Shown piece after piece: positions 19,238 through 29,696 of a DNA stretch of 64,000 nucleotides. Within the stretch, counting starts at the first letter, position 1; the number at the start of each line of letters is the position of its first letter. The stretch is from a virus, in IMG/VR virus record IMGVR_UViG_3300021437_000013, positions 13,825 to 77,824 of that record. One strand, 5' to 3'. A program made the position numbers and the translations under genes. The notes beneath the pieces were generated by a model. The model was not told where the DNA came from. It ran no database searches and worked only from the letters and a program-made list of their open reading frames with translations.

Positions 19238-20503
19238 ATGGCAGCAGCAGCAGGAAGTAACCAATTTGGTGATTTACAAAACACGGTTGGTAACTTAAAC
19301 GGTTTTTTCAAAGATTTATATGCGGATAAACTACACACAGTTATTCCAGAAGGGTTTTATTTATTAAAAAACCTTAACTTTTCTGAAAAAGAAAGACTAG
19401 GGAACATGTTTAACTGTCCAGTTATTACTGGATTGGAAAACGGGTTAACTTATGCTTCATCTATTGAAGATGCTTTTGCTCTTAACGGTGCATCAGCTGG
19501 TAAAACTCAAAACGCACAAGTAAAAGGTGCTCCAATTGTTATTCAAGGTACTCTTGGATATTTGGCAGCAGCTCGTGCCGCTAACGGTAAATCTGCATTT
19601 ATGGACGCAACTAAATACTTAGTAGCTTCTTTAATGAAGTCTTTATCAAAAGCAATCGAATTAACAATTCTTTACGGACAATCAGGATTAGCAACTATTG
19701 GTTCAGTATCTGGTGCAGTAATAACTGTATCTGCAGCTTCATGGGCTACTGGTATTTGGATTGGTTGTGAAGGTATGAAACTTGATATCTATTCAAGTGC
19801 AGGTGTTTTAAGAAACGGTGCTTCTACTCCAGTTACAATCGTATCTGTAGATTTAGATGCTCACACTATCACAACTGATACCACTCTTTCTTCAATCAGT
19901 GCAGTAGCTACTGATATTGTATTCCCATACCACGCTAAAACTAAACAAGCTCAAGGTATCGTATCAATCCTTTCTCAAACTTCTGGTTCATTATTTGGTA
20001 TTGATCAAACAGCTAACTCAATCTTCAAAGGTTCTTCTTATGATGCTGGTGGAGCTGCTTTATCTTTCAATAAGATAGTATCTGCTGCCGCTGTAGTAGC
20101 TGCTAAAGGTAAAGAAGGGAAATTAACAGTTCTTCTTTCTCCAAAAACTTGGGCTAACATTAACTCTGATCAAGCTGCTTTAAGAAAGTATGATGCTTCT
20201 TATTCAGAATCAGAAGCTAAAAATGGTGTTAAGGCTATTAAATTTTACTCTCAAACTGGGGAAATTGAATTAATTCCTTATATCTATATGAAAGAAGGTA
20301 TGGCTCTTATGTTGTCTCTTGAAGATTTCTCAAGAGTAGGTTCTACAGATATTACTTTTAACCGTCCGGGTATGGGTAATCAACAATTTTTCCGTGATTT
20401 AGATCAATCAGCAGGATATGAATTAAGAGCGCTTTCGGATCAAGCGGTGTTTACGACTTCGCCAGCTCACTCTTTAATCATCTCTAATATCGTAAACAGC
20501 TAA
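19238..20503 (+). CDS. major capsid protein
   Basis: 421 aa after scaffold, strong AGGAG RBS, biased codon usage, followed by terminator. Confidence 0.88.
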   Translation: MAAAAGSNQFGDLQNTVGNLNGFFKDLYADKLHTVIPEGFYLLKNLNFSEKERLGNMFNCPVITGLENGLTYASSIEDAFALNGASAGKTQNAQVKGAPIVIQGTLGYLAAARAANGKSAFMDATKYLVASLMKSLSKAIELTILYGQSGLATIGSVSGAVITVSAASWATGIWIGCEGMKLDIYSSAGVLRNGASTPVTIVSVDLDAHTITTDTTLSSISAVATDIVFPYHAKTKQAQGIVSILSQTSGSLFGIDQTANSIFKGSSYDAGGAALSFNKIVSAAAVVAAKGKEGKLTVLLSPKTWANINSDQAALRKYDASYSESEAKNGVKAIKFYSQTGEIELIPYIYMKEGMALMLSLEDFSRVGSTDITFNRPGMGNQQFFRDLDQSAGYELRALSDQAVFTTSPAHSLIISNIVNS

Positions 20504-20527
20504 TTTTACTAACTTTTCTCTTATCAG

Positions 20528-20551
20528 GGGAGCTATTCAGCTCCCTTTTTT
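20528..20551 (+). terminator. rho-independent terminator
   Basis: GGGAGCT-ATTC-AGCTCCC followed by T6. Confidence 0.9.
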
Positions 20552-20576
20552 ATTTTAATCAAATTACATTTAATCA

Positions 20577-20605
20577 TTGCTTAGTCACACAACCCATGTT
20601 ATATT
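20577..20605 (+). promoter_or_regulatory. sigma70-like promoter TTGCTT-17-TATATT (TG extension)
   Basis: -10 ends 6 nt before ATG of 20612 (likely leaderless). Confidence 0.55.
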
Positions 20606-20611
20606 ACTTGT

Positions 20612-22042
20612 ATGGGAAAGAATAAATCAATGATATGGTACACAATTGAAATGCTCGACGAGGTTGCAAAGTCTCGTGGTGGCCGTTGCTTATCTACTGA
20701 ATATACTACATGCTTCTTTAAGTACCTGTGGCAAGATCATTTAGGTAATCAGTGGAGAGCTTCATGGACCGCAGTTAGACGTGGCACATGGTCACCTTTC
20801 TTAGTTAAAGAAAAACAGCGTAACTTCAATCTTAAATATACTATAGAAGATTTGCATAAATATGCAGAGTCAAAGGGTGGTAAATGTTTATCTACAGTTT
20901 ATACTAAGACTAAAGACTATTACGAATGGGTAGATAGTAAAGGTAGATATTTTAAAAAAACGTGGGAAGAAATAATCACAGCTAAACAATGGTCACCACA
21001 TGAGAAAAGAGAAACCTTAAGTAAACTAAAGACTATTTACAAAGAAGAATTTTTTATCTCTTTCCTATCTAAGACTGATATACCTTTTGCATTTCTGGGT
21101 ATAGAAGAGGGCTCTTATCAGAGGTCAAGACGTGGCATATATAAAAATACTATTACTGGTAAAATTCACAAAATCACCCCCTCTAGATTACTTAATTTCG
21201 GACTTCCTTCCAAATTCAACAAGATGCAACATGAAATATACAAGTTCATCTGCTCTCTCGGCCTTGAAGCTCATGAGGATAATCGAACTATAATAGCACC
21301 CTTTGAACTTGATATAGTAATCCCCTCTCTTAATGTAGCTATAGAACTTGACGGCCTTAGATGGCATAACAAAGAGAAAGACTACCATCTAAACAAGACA
21401 ATTAATGCTAAAAAAGCAGGTTATGACTTAATCCACATATACGACTTAGAATGGAAACACCATAAAAAGCAAGTAAAATCATTCCTTACTACTAAACTTG
21501 GTAAAAGTAAGCGTAAAGTATATGCCAGAAAATGTGAGATTAGGACAGTTCCAAAAGACATAACTAAAGATTTCCTTAATTCCTATCACATTCAAGGTAA
21601 CGTAGGTCACATAGAAGCATTTGGACTATACTATCAAGACGAATTATTATCCCTAATTACTATTGGTAAGCATCACAGAGACTCTACTAAACTCGTTTTA
21701 AGCCGTTTTGTTGGTAAAGAAGGTGTATCTGTACTTGGTGGACTTTCAAAGCTCTCTAAAGCCGCTTTTAAGCGTTATGGGAGCTTTATAACATGGGTAG
21801 ATAGACGAATATCTAACGGTGAGAACTGGATTAAAGCAGGTTGGACGGTAACTAATGTTGCACGACCAGATTATTTCTACTTTGATTCAAATACCCGTAA
21901 AATCATAAGTAAACAATCCAGAAAAAAGAGCTTAGTAAACACTCCCGAGGGCATGACAGAAGTCGAACATGCTAAAATTGATGGTTTAAGACGAATATAT
22001 GACTGCGGTAAGATTACTTTAGAGTATAAACTACCCTCTTAA
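20612..22042 (+). CDS. Hef-like free-standing homing endonuclease
   Basis: Two N-terminal A..RGG.CLS..Y repeats, Vsr/DUF559-like ELDI...AIELDG..WH, C-terminal ARKC...FL..YHIQG...RF domain. Confidence 0.8.
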   Translation: MGKNKSMIWYTIEMLDEVAKSRGGRCLSTEYTTCFFKYLWQDHLGNQWRASWTAVRRGTWSPFLVKEKQRNFNLKYTIEDLHKYAESKGGKCLSTVYTKTKDYYEWVDSKGRYFKKTWEEIITAKQWSPHEKRETLSKLKTIYKEEFFISFLSKTDIPFAFLGIEEGSYQRSRRGIYKNTITGKIHKITPSRLLNFGLPSKFNKMQHEIYKFICSLGLEAHEDNRTIIAPFELDIVIPSLNVAIELDGLRWHNKEKDYHLNKTINAKKAGYDLIHIYDLEWKHHKKQVKSFLTTKLGKSKRKVYARKCEIRTVPKDITKDFLNSYHIQGNVGHIEAFGLYYQDELLSLITIGKHHRDSTKLVLSRFVGKEGVSVLGGLSKLSKAAFKRYGSFITWVDRRISNGENWIKAGWTVTNVARPDYFYFDSNTRKIISKQSRKKSLVNTPEGMTEVEHAKIDGLRRIYDCGKITLEYKLPS

Positions 22043-22048
22043 CAACTA
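22040..22048 (+). promoter_or_regulatory. TAACAACTA putative late promoter
   Basis: Exact motif overlapping stop of the endonuclease gene. Confidence 0.72.
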
Positions 22049-22082
22049 ATATAATGTAGTCATATCATTATTAGGAGTCTTC

Positions 22083-22586
22083 ATGTCAGTTAGGATTGTA
22101 ATTAAAAATACCCCAATAGACATTCCAGAACAAGGTGAATCCCAACCATGGGGGCCAGCAATTACAGAGGCTCTACAAGCCCTTGCAGATGCCGTAAACG
22201 TGTCTACTGGTTCATATGACGTACCCCCTCAAGTATTACACATAGATTCATTCAATAGTGCTACAGATGTAACTGTAGATAACCTTTATTTCCCACCTAC
22301 CGATGTTATTTCAGCATTTATCTTTTATTCAGTCATTAGACAAACTCAAGATTCTGGAGCAGGGGATGCAAAGAACGTATCAGAAGAGGGAACAATGGAA
22401 GTAATCTATAATTCACTTAATCCAGTAGGAAATAAGTGGGAGTTAGTAAGAAGTTCTACTAATGATGCTAGTATTTCTTTCAGTATTACAGATTTAGGAC
22501 AAGTAACATTCTCAACTACAGCCTTAAGTGGTATAAATCACGTTGGAAGCATATCGTATAGAGCACTTTCTATTAACAAACTTTAA
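22083..22586 (+). CDS. structural protein
   Basis: AGGAG RBS; P..GE..PWG N-terminal motif. Confidence 0.75.
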   Translation: MSVRIVIKNTPIDIPEQGESQPWGPAITEALQALADAVNVSTGSYDVPPQVLHIDSFNSATDVTVDNLYFPPTDVISAFIFYSVIRQTQDSGAGDAKNVSEEGTMEVIYNSLNPVGNKWELVRSSTNDASISFSITDLGQVTFSTTALSGINHVGSISYRALSINKL

Positions 22587-22609
22587 TTATTTTATTATAA
22601 GGGAAAACC

Positions 22610-25600
22610 ATGTTAAACATTAAAAAATTCTTTGTTGGTATCGCAGTTAAAGCAAAGTCAATATTAGCATCTGATACTAAAGGTGAATTAGAAGTATTAG
22701 ACAGTGATGGTAGCTTAAATTACCATAACGGTTCAAGTCGTGCTAAAGTACTAACTGATTCTCACACGGCCACAATAACAAACAAAACAATCAATGCACC
22801 TGATAACACTATCACTAATATTGCTAATGCTAATATTAACGCTTCGGCGGCAATTGATGCTTCTAAAATCGCAAATGGTGTTGTCTCTAATGCCGAGTTT
22901 CAATACCTTGATGGTGTTACCTCTGCAATACAAACACAAATAAACACTAAAGAGAATAGCGCAAATAAAGGGGTAGCCAATGGATATGCACCTCTTGACT
23001 CAACTGCTAAAATATCCTCTACTTACCTCCCATCTTATGTTGATGATGTTTTAGAATATGCCAATCTTGCATCGTTCCCCGTAACTGGTGAAACAGGTAA
23101 GATTTATGTTGCTTTAAACAACAATAAAACTTATAGATGGAGCGGTTCAGCTTATATTGAAGTATCCCCATCAGAAGTAAACTCTGTAAATGGTTATACT
23201 GGCGTTGTAGTATTAACTAAGTCTGATGTTGGACTAAGTAACGTAGATAATACATCTGATGCGACAAAGAACGCTGCAACTGCGACATTAACTAATAAAA
23301 CTATTAATGCCCCAGACAATACAATTACTAACATTGCAAATACTAACATATCTGCAACTGCTAATATTGATGCCTCTAAGATTGGTACTGGTATCGTATC
23401 TAATACAGAATTTAACTACTTAGATGGTGTTACAAGTGCGATTCAAACTCAATTAAATGCTACAGCTTCAAGTTCAGCTTTATCAGCTCATACGGGAGCC
23501 TCTACGGGTGTTCATGGTGTAACTGGTGCGGTAGTTGGTACTACAGATACACAAACACTAACAAATAAAACAATTGATGTATTAAGTAATACAGTTTCAA
23601 ACATTGCAAACGCTAATATTAGTGCATCTGCTGCAATTGTTGATACTAAACTTGCTACAATATCTACAGCAGGTAAAGTAAATAACTCAGCTACTACGGC
23701 AACAAACTTAAATACAGCATCAGCAATCGTTGCTCGTGATGCTTCTGGTAACTTCACAGCAGGAACAATTACAGCTAACTTAAACGGTAACGCTACAACT
23801 GCCACATCAGCAACATCTGCTACTACTGCTGGAACAGTAACAACAAATGCAAACCTTACTGGCCCTATCACTTCAATTGGTAACACTACATCGGTAGCAT
23901 CTCAAACTGGTACAGGTTCAACTTTTGTAATGAATACTTCACCAACATTAGTTACCCCGAATCTTGGAACTCCATCAGCTTTAGTTGGTACTAATATCAC
24001 AGGTACAGCGGCAAGTTTAACAGCAGGTACAGTTACTACTAATGCTAATTTAACTGGCCCTATTACATCAGTAGGTAATGCAACCTCTATAGCTTCACAA
24101 ACTGGTACGGGCACTACATTTGTAATGTCAAATAGTCCGACAATAACTACACCAGTAATATCTTCTATCACTAATACCGGAACTTTAACACTTCCAACAA
24201 CAACTACAACTTTAGTAGGTAGAGTAACTACAGATACATTAACAAACAAATCTTTATCAGATAGTACAACTGCGATAGTTGATGTTACCGATGCCACTAA
24301 ACAAATTAAATTTGATGCGGCCGGAACAACTGCTACAGCTACAACTATTACAAGTTCACAAACTGCTAATAGAACTATTACTTTACCAGATGCCACTACT
24401 ACTTTAGATGGTATTGATAATACAGCCACACTTTCTAATAAAACTATTTCAGGATTGTCAAACACAATCAACAACATATCACTTACTACTGCGGTTACTG
24501 GAACTCTTCCAATAGCCAACGGTGGTACAAATGCAACTTCACAATCAGCACCAGTAAACTCGATAAGTCCGTTAGTATATTTTGATGGTACTAAAATGAC
24601 TACTGATGCTACACCTGCACACTTGGGGTATAATGCTACTACTGATACAGTTTATACAAGCTCGGTTTCATTATCAGCAGCATCCACTAACTCTTTACAG
24701 ATGACAAATACCCAAACTGGTTCATCAAGTGCTGGTGCTGGTATCTCTGGCTTTTCTGACCCCGGAGCGGCAATGGCTTCTGGTAACAGATTAGGATTCA
24801 TGACTTTTGGTGGTGCTAAAGATGCGGCACACACTACAGCAAATACTACGGCCATAACTGGTTTTGCTACAGAAGCTTGGAGCAGTACGGCTACAGGTTC
24901 AAAGATTCAACTTGAAACAACTCCAAATACAACTACTACAAGAACAGTAGCAATGACTATCGACCAATCTGGTAATGTTGGTATTGGTTCTGCTATTACT
25001 TCACCTTCTAACAAACTTCAAGTTGCAGGTACAATTGAATCTACAACTGGTGGATTTAAATTCCCAGATGGTACTACACAAACTACAGCAGGCGGCGGCG
25101 GTACAGGTTCATTAAACACTATATTCCAATTAAAAGCTGATGAAAGTATTGGTACTTGGTCATCAGGTAACAATGCTACTTTCCTAGGTGGTGGTACTTT
25201 ATCAGGTACTTTCTCAATAAATAATACAACTCCGTTACAAGGTGCTAACAGTTACAATTATGTAACATCTGGTGTTGGTTCTGCTAACGATTATATTGTA
25301 TCCGCTAACCAAGCGGTTGATATAAGATTCAGAGGACAACAAGCATACTTTACTTTCCCATATAGCTTTTCTGGTAACTCTACAGATATGAAGATTGTGG
25401 TATATGATGCCACTAACTCAGCTATCATTTCATCTACTACCGATTATGTTACTCCTACTATAGCACTTGGCGGTTCTGGTACTACTATGAATACCGCAGT
25501 AGTTGGGGTTATCATCCCTGCTACTTGTGCAAACATAAGAGTAGGATTTCAATTCATGACTGCAGGTGGTGTTACAAGAACATTCCAATTCGACTCTCTC

Positions 25601-27049
25601 CAACTCTCTCTCGACATAGGAGCCATTACTAACGTAGCTAACCTTACAGACTGGACAAGTTATACTCCTACATTCACTGGTTTTGGCACTGCTGCATCTA
25701 TAGAGTTTTTCTACAGAAGAGTGGGTAATAACTGTGAGATTAAAGGTAGATTCACTGTAGGTACTGCAACAGCCACAGAAGCAAGAGTATCACTACCTAC
25801 TGGATTAACTTCACAAGGTACTTCTGTTATACCAAGTTTAGTAATATGTGGATATGGTTCTGCTGCAGGTGCTAACACTACTGATTTTGGTGGAAAAACT
25901 GTACTTATTGAACCGTCAGTATCATATGTAACATTCGGAGAGATAAGCGCAACTACTAACAGTAGTACAACTAAACAAAATGCTAACGCAATTACAGTTT
26001 CATCTGTTATGTTCCAATTCAATGCGTCAGTGCCTATTCTCGGTTGGGATAGTTACAACTCCAACGTCATTGTACCTGTCAACCAAGTATCATCTGACAC
26101 TATGAACTTTGTATTTCAATCTACAGCATTAACTGGGAATGAGGCAGTTGGTACATTTAATACATACACATTAGCAGCAAACTCAAATACAGCAACTATA
26201 TCAGCATCTGCACCAACACAAACAACATCTTCAATGTCAACTAATGGCGTGCAAGTATTTGCTAGAGCATATAATGCAGCATCAACAACCGCCTCGCCTG
26301 CAGTAGTAGACATAGTAGTAGGTAAGGGATTAAAGAACGTATCGGCATACGCTTATAGTGCCACAGGAAAGACTAATTCAATATCATATGACTTGGCAGT
26401 AGCATCTTCCACAGACGAACGTGGAGCATTAGTAAACTATAATGAAACTACTGGTATATTAAGAATAGAAGCTGGGTTTTGCTGTTTGGCTACTAATACT
26501 ACAAGATTAATTGATGCTCACGTTGGTAATGCTTCTGCATACTTCGTAATTAACGCTGCAAAAACCCCATCTGCTGCTGCATTACCAGTATTGCTTCCTA
26601 AAATTGCTTATTTGAGTGAACAACAAGCAAATGGTACAGCTGGAGGTACATCAGTAGCAGCAACTTGGACGAATAGAACATTAAATACTATAGTAGATTC
26701 ATTTGGTATTGTTACCTCATTAGCATCAAACCAATTTACATTACCGGCAGGTACTTATAGAATCAGTGGATATACTACATTATTAATGGGGGATGCTCAA
26801 AAGTGTAGATTAAGAAACATAACAGATTCAACTACATTATTAGTCGGGGCAAGTACATACTCAGGTAGTACGGCCGGGTATGCTTCTTATAACTCAACTT
26901 TAGACGGTGAAGTAACTATTACAGCACCAAAAACTTTCGCATTGCAATATTATGTTGGTACAGCAAAGGCGACGAACGGATTGGGTAACCCTACTACATC
27001 AACAGAATTTGAAATTTATTCAGCAATTCAAATAATGAAAATTAAATAA
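22610..27049 (+). CDS. long tail fibre protein 2
   Basis: 1479 aa; KG.ANGYA.LD...LPSYVDDVLEY, YLDGVTSAIQTQ and TLTNKT repeats; modules shared with fibre 1. Confidence 0.88.
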   Translation: MLNIKKFFVGIAVKAKSILASDTKGELEVLDSDGSLNYHNGSSRAKVLTDSHTATITNKTINAPDNTITNIANANINASAAIDASKIANGVVSNAEFQYLDGVTSAIQTQINTKENSANKGVANGYAPLDSTAKISSTYLPSYVDDVLEYANLASFPVTGETGKIYVALNNNKTYRWSGSAYIEVSPSEVNSVNGYTGVVVLTKSDVGLSNVDNTSDATKNAATATLTNKTINAPDNTITNIANTNISATANIDASKIGTGIVSNTEFNYLDGVTSAIQTQLNATASSSALSAHTGASTGVHGVTGAVVGTTDTQTLTNKTIDVLSNTVSNIANANISASAAIVDTKLATISTAGKVNNSATTATNLNTASAIVARDASGNFTAGTITANLNGNATTATSATSATTAGTVTTNANLTGPITSIGNTTSVASQTGTGSTFVMNTSPTLVTPNLGTPSALVGTNITGTAASLTAGTVTTNANLTGPITSVGNATSIASQTGTGTTFVMSNSPTITTPVISSITNTGTLTLPTTTTTLVGRVTTDTLTNKSLSDSTTAIVDVTDATKQIKFDAAGTTATATTITSSQTANRTITLPDATTTLDGIDNTATLSNKTISGLSNTINNISLTTAVTGTLPIANGGTNATSQSAPVNSISPLVYFDGTKMTTDATPAHLGYNATTDTVYTSSVSLSAASTNSLQMTNTQTGSSSAGAGISGFSDPGAAMASGNRLGFMTFGGAKDAAHTTANTTAITGFATEAWSSTATGSKIQLETTPNTTTTRTVAMTIDQSGNVGIGSAITSPSNKLQVAGTIESTTGGFKFPDGTTQTTAGGGGTGSLNTIFQLKADESIGTWSSGNNATFLGGGTLSGTFSINNTTPLQGANSYNYVTSGVGSANDYIVSANQAVDIRFRGQQAYFTFPYSFSGNSTDMKIVVYDATNSAIISSTTDYVTPTIALGGSGTTMNTAVVGVIIPATCANIRVGFQFMTAGGVTRTFQFDSLQLSLDIGAITNVANLTDWTSYTPTFTGFGTAASIEFFYRRVGNNCEIKGRFTVGTATATEARVSLPTGLTSQGTSVIPSLVICGYGSAAGANTTDFGGKTVLIEPSVSYVTFGEISATTNSSTTKQNANAITVSSVMFQFNASVPILGWDSYNSNVIVPVNQVSSDTMNFVFQSTALTGNEAVGTFNTYTLAANSNTATISASAPTQTTSSMSTNGVQVFARAYNAASTTASPAVVDIVVGKGLKNVSAYAYSATGKTNSISYDLAVASSTDERGALVNYNETTGILRIEAGFCCLATNTTRLIDAHVGNASAYFVINAAKTPSAAALPVLLPKIAYLSEQQANGTAGGTSVAATWTNRTLNTIVDSFGIVTSLASNQFTLPAGTYRISGYTTLLMGDAQKCRLRNITDSTTLLVGASTYSGSTAGYASYNSTLDGEVTITAPKTFALQYYVGTAKATNGLGNPTTSTEFEIYSAIQIMKIK

Positions 27050-27378
27050 TGGAGATTAAAATGGATATAGCATTAAAAATAAGTAAATATTTAGAGAAGC
27101 ATAAAGATAAAAGAGATGAAAATGACTCTCTTAATCTTGTAGAAGGTAGCATTGTAGGGTGGGATTTTGTAAATGTTCCAATGCCTACAGAACAAGACCT
27201 AGCAGATGCAGAAGCAGAGATGGTAGCATTAGAGGCTCGTAATAGCCTTTTAAAGGCGATTGAAGCACTAGAGGCTAGCATTACCCCTAGACATATGAGA
27301 GAAGCACTTATAAGTGGTAATATGACCTTTATAGAGGGTATAGAAGCTAAGATTGTAGAGTTAAGGAAAGGATTGTAG
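27049..27378 (+). CDS. fibre-associated chaperone-like protein
   Basis: Coupled to fibre stop; W...P.PT..L and I..LE....PR..RE pattern. Confidence 0.65.
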   Translation: MEIKMDIALKISKYLEKHKDKRDENDSLNLVEGSIVGWDFVNVPMPTEQDLADAEAEMVALEARNSLLKAIEALEASITPRHMREALISGNMTFIEGIEAKIVELRKGL

Positions 27379-27379
27379 T

Positions 27380-27559
27380 ATGTTCAAATCAGACAATCAA
27401 AGGAAGCTCTTTTACGCAGTAGCTAACAGTAAGAAAGTAGCTAATAAAGTCAATATGAAGCAAGATATGGCCAGAAAGTTCATAGAAGATGCTAATAACG
27501 ATAAGCCTAAGAAGCCTAAATTTAATAAATTAGAATCAATGTTCAATAAAAAGGTTTAG
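27380..27559 (+). CDS. 59-aa basic protein (not in ORF track)
   Basis: MFKSDNQRKLFYAVAN...MARKF; AAGGA upstream; fills the gap. Confidence 0.6.
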   Translation: MFKSDNQRKLFYAVANSKKVANKVNMKQDMARKFIEDANNDKPKKPKFNKLESMFNKKV

Positions 27560-27587
27560 GATGATGTTTAAGGCTAGGATGGCCTCT

Positions 27588-27596
27588 TAACAACTA
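27588..27596 (+). promoter_or_regulatory. TAACAACTA putative late promoter
   Basis: Exact motif before GAGG RBS of 27613. Confidence 0.72.
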
Positions 27597-27612
27597 AGAG
27601 GATGAGGGATAT

Positions 27613-28092
27613 ATGGTAGATGTAACAATGTCAGATAGAGATAGTTCACAGATTAATCGTTATGAACACGACGATGATTTATTCGCTAAACGTGTTATGA
27701 TTGTCGGTGGGGAAGTAAATCTATCCGTAGATTCTTCCGCTATAGCAGATGCTGTTAAGGATAGCTTAAGCAATCTTAAGATAGAATCAAGTTCACCTGT
27801 ATGTAACTGTAAGCCAGAAATACAGATAGTTGAAAAGCAAGTCTTTATCCCCTCTGAACCACAAGTCATTCACATTAAAGAGTCAATACCCGTAATTTCT
27901 TCGGTAGTTCAAACTGTGGAAGTACCTGTAATTGTTAAAGAAATAGAAATCAAGATAGTGGAAGTTCCAGTAATAGTTAAAGAAACTGTACTATTAGAAT
28001 CTCCGGCCGTAGAGAAAAAATCAGAATTGATAAGTAAATTAATATTAATTGCACAGATAGTAATTAGCGTAGTATTATTAACAAGAAAGTAG
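27613..28092 (+). CDS. hypothetical protein with EVPVIVKE repeats and C-terminal TM
   Basis: ORF with RBS; repeats visible in translation. Confidence 0.7.
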   Translation: MVDVTMSDRDSSQINRYEHDDDLFAKRVMIVGGEVNLSVDSSAIADAVKDSLSNLKIESSSPVCNCKPEIQIVEKQVFIPSEPQVIHIKESIPVISSVVQTVEVPVIVKEIEIKIVEVPVIVKETVLLESPAVEKKSELISKLILIAQIVISVVLLTRK

Positions 28093-28100
28093 GAGTAGTC

Positions 28101-28478
28101 ATGAAAGGATTAGAAGCATTAATTGGTAAAAAAGGTAAATCATTAGACGAAAATTCAGCTAAAGCACAAATGGAAGTTTTAAAAGACTTAAAAGCTAGAG
28201 CAATGGAAGCAATGGGTAACAAACTTGACGGAGCTAAGAAAGTAGAAGTATCTGCTAACTCTTCTGAGGGTTTAAAATCTGGTCTTGACAAAGCTAAAGA
28301 ACTTCTAGGACAAGATTTATCTCCACAAGATGAAACTGATAATCATGACGAAGAAAGCGAAGATGAGTCACCAGAAGAAGAATCTAATGAAAGTGATGAA
28401 GTAGAAAGCTTAGAAGACATCGAAGCTAAAATCCATGAATTACTTGCTAAAAAACAATCTTTAATTGGTAAAAAATAA
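28101..28478 (+). CDS. hypothetical acidic protein
   Basis: AGGAG RBS; D/E-rich tract. Confidence 0.75.
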   Translation: MKGLEALIGKKGKSLDENSAKAQMEVLKDLKARAMEAMGNKLDGAKKVEVSANSSEGLKSGLDKAKELLGQDLSPQDETDNHDEESEDESPEEESNESDEVESLEDIEAKIHELLAKKQSLIGKK

Positions 28479-28490
28479 TTAGAGGTGCTT

Positions 28491-29687
28491 ATGGCTCTCA
28501 CTACTCCATGGCTTACTTCTAATGACTTAATTGACATAGTAAAGAAGCGCATAGCGTTTCCTATATCTCAAAATACTTTATCAGAAGAAGACATACTAAA
28601 ATTCGCATCTTATGAATTATTTGATTCACAAGTACCATCCATCATGGAATTTCATGATGAATATTTCGTATTTCGTCAATCAGTATTAATTGAAAATGAT
28701 AAACTAAGATATCAAATACCAGACCGTGCAATCGGTATGAAGCTTAGAGATTTATTACTTGAAATGCCTGATAACAGCGTAAGAGAAATGACTCGTATTA
28801 CTCCCGAGTCTGTAGCTTACTTTCAACAAGTTGGTAGTAACACTACTGACATATATCGTTTTTATGTAGAAGGTGATGAGATAGTTCTTGCCTCTAATCA
28901 AGTTGCGGCAACTGGTCAATCCTTAAGATTTACATACTATTTACGTCCTAACTCTTTAGTAAAGAATGATAGAGCGGCAACAGCTCAATACTTCACTAAA
29001 AACCTTGCTATTGATAATACTACACTTACTAACGGTGATAGCTTCAAAGTAGGTTCATTAACTTTCACGGCCGGAATAGATTTTGCTATCGGTGCAAATA
29101 CTAATATTACAGTATCTAATATCCATGTGGCATTATCAGCTTTAGGAATATCTAACGATGTTAACGGCCAATCAATAATGTTAAGAAATAAGAATGCTAA
29201 AACTGTTTATAGTTCAACTAATCCAGTAGCATTGAGTTTACAAAATGGTCTTGGTATTGAGTTTGACTTAGTACCTTCAATCATCACTAACGGTTCAGTA
29301 ATTGATTTCTTACAAACTAAAGGCGGTCATAGAACTTACTCAATTGATGTTGAAATAGGAGCTTCGGCAATCTCTGGTAATGTAATCAATTTTGACTTAG
29401 GCGTAATCCCACCAAGTTTCGTAGTAGGTGATTATATTTGTCTTGCAAATGAATCAATCATACCTCAAATCCCATCTGACGTACACAGCTTACTTGCTGA
29501 AAGAACTTGTGAACGTATGCTTATGTCAATTGGTGATGTTCAAGGTAGTCAGATATCAGCACAAAAAGTGGCACAACTTGAGAAACAACAGTCTGCAATG
29601 GTTGACAACCGTGTAGAAGGTGCCCCACTTAAAATCGTTAATCGTTTCTCTCCATTAAGATTAAACAAAAGATGGCGCAGACGCTAA
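28491..29687 (+). CDS. head-tail adaptor (tail tubular A-like)
   Basis: GAGG RBS; Y.IP.RAIG..LR and P.IP...H.LL features; precedes nozzle. Confidence 0.65.
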   Translation: MALTTPWLTSNDLIDIVKKRIAFPISQNTLSEEDILKFASYELFDSQVPSIMEFHDEYFVFRQSVLIENDKLRYQIPDRAIGMKLRDLLLEMPDNSVREMTRITPESVAYFQQVGSNTTDIYRFYVEGDEIVLASNQVAATGQSLRFTYYLRPNSLVKNDRAATAQYFTKNLAIDNTTLTNGDSFKVGSLTFTAGIDFAIGANTNITVSNIHVALSALGISNDVNGQSIMLRNKNAKTVYSSTNPVALSLQNGLGIEFDLVPSIITNGSVIDFLQTKGGHRTYSIDVEIGASAISGNVINFDLGVIPPSFVVGDYICLANESIIPQIPSDVHSLLAERTCERMLMSIGDVQGSQISAQKVAQLEKQQSAMVDNRVEGAPLKIVNRFSPLRLNKRWRRR

Positions 29688-29696
29688 AGGGAACAT

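Noticed and set aside
11032-26313. Long antisense ORFs opposite the fibre genes, and 52373..52930 opposite the lipoprotein
   Set aside because: Shadow frames of Thr/Pro-rich repetitive coding sequence; no RBS.
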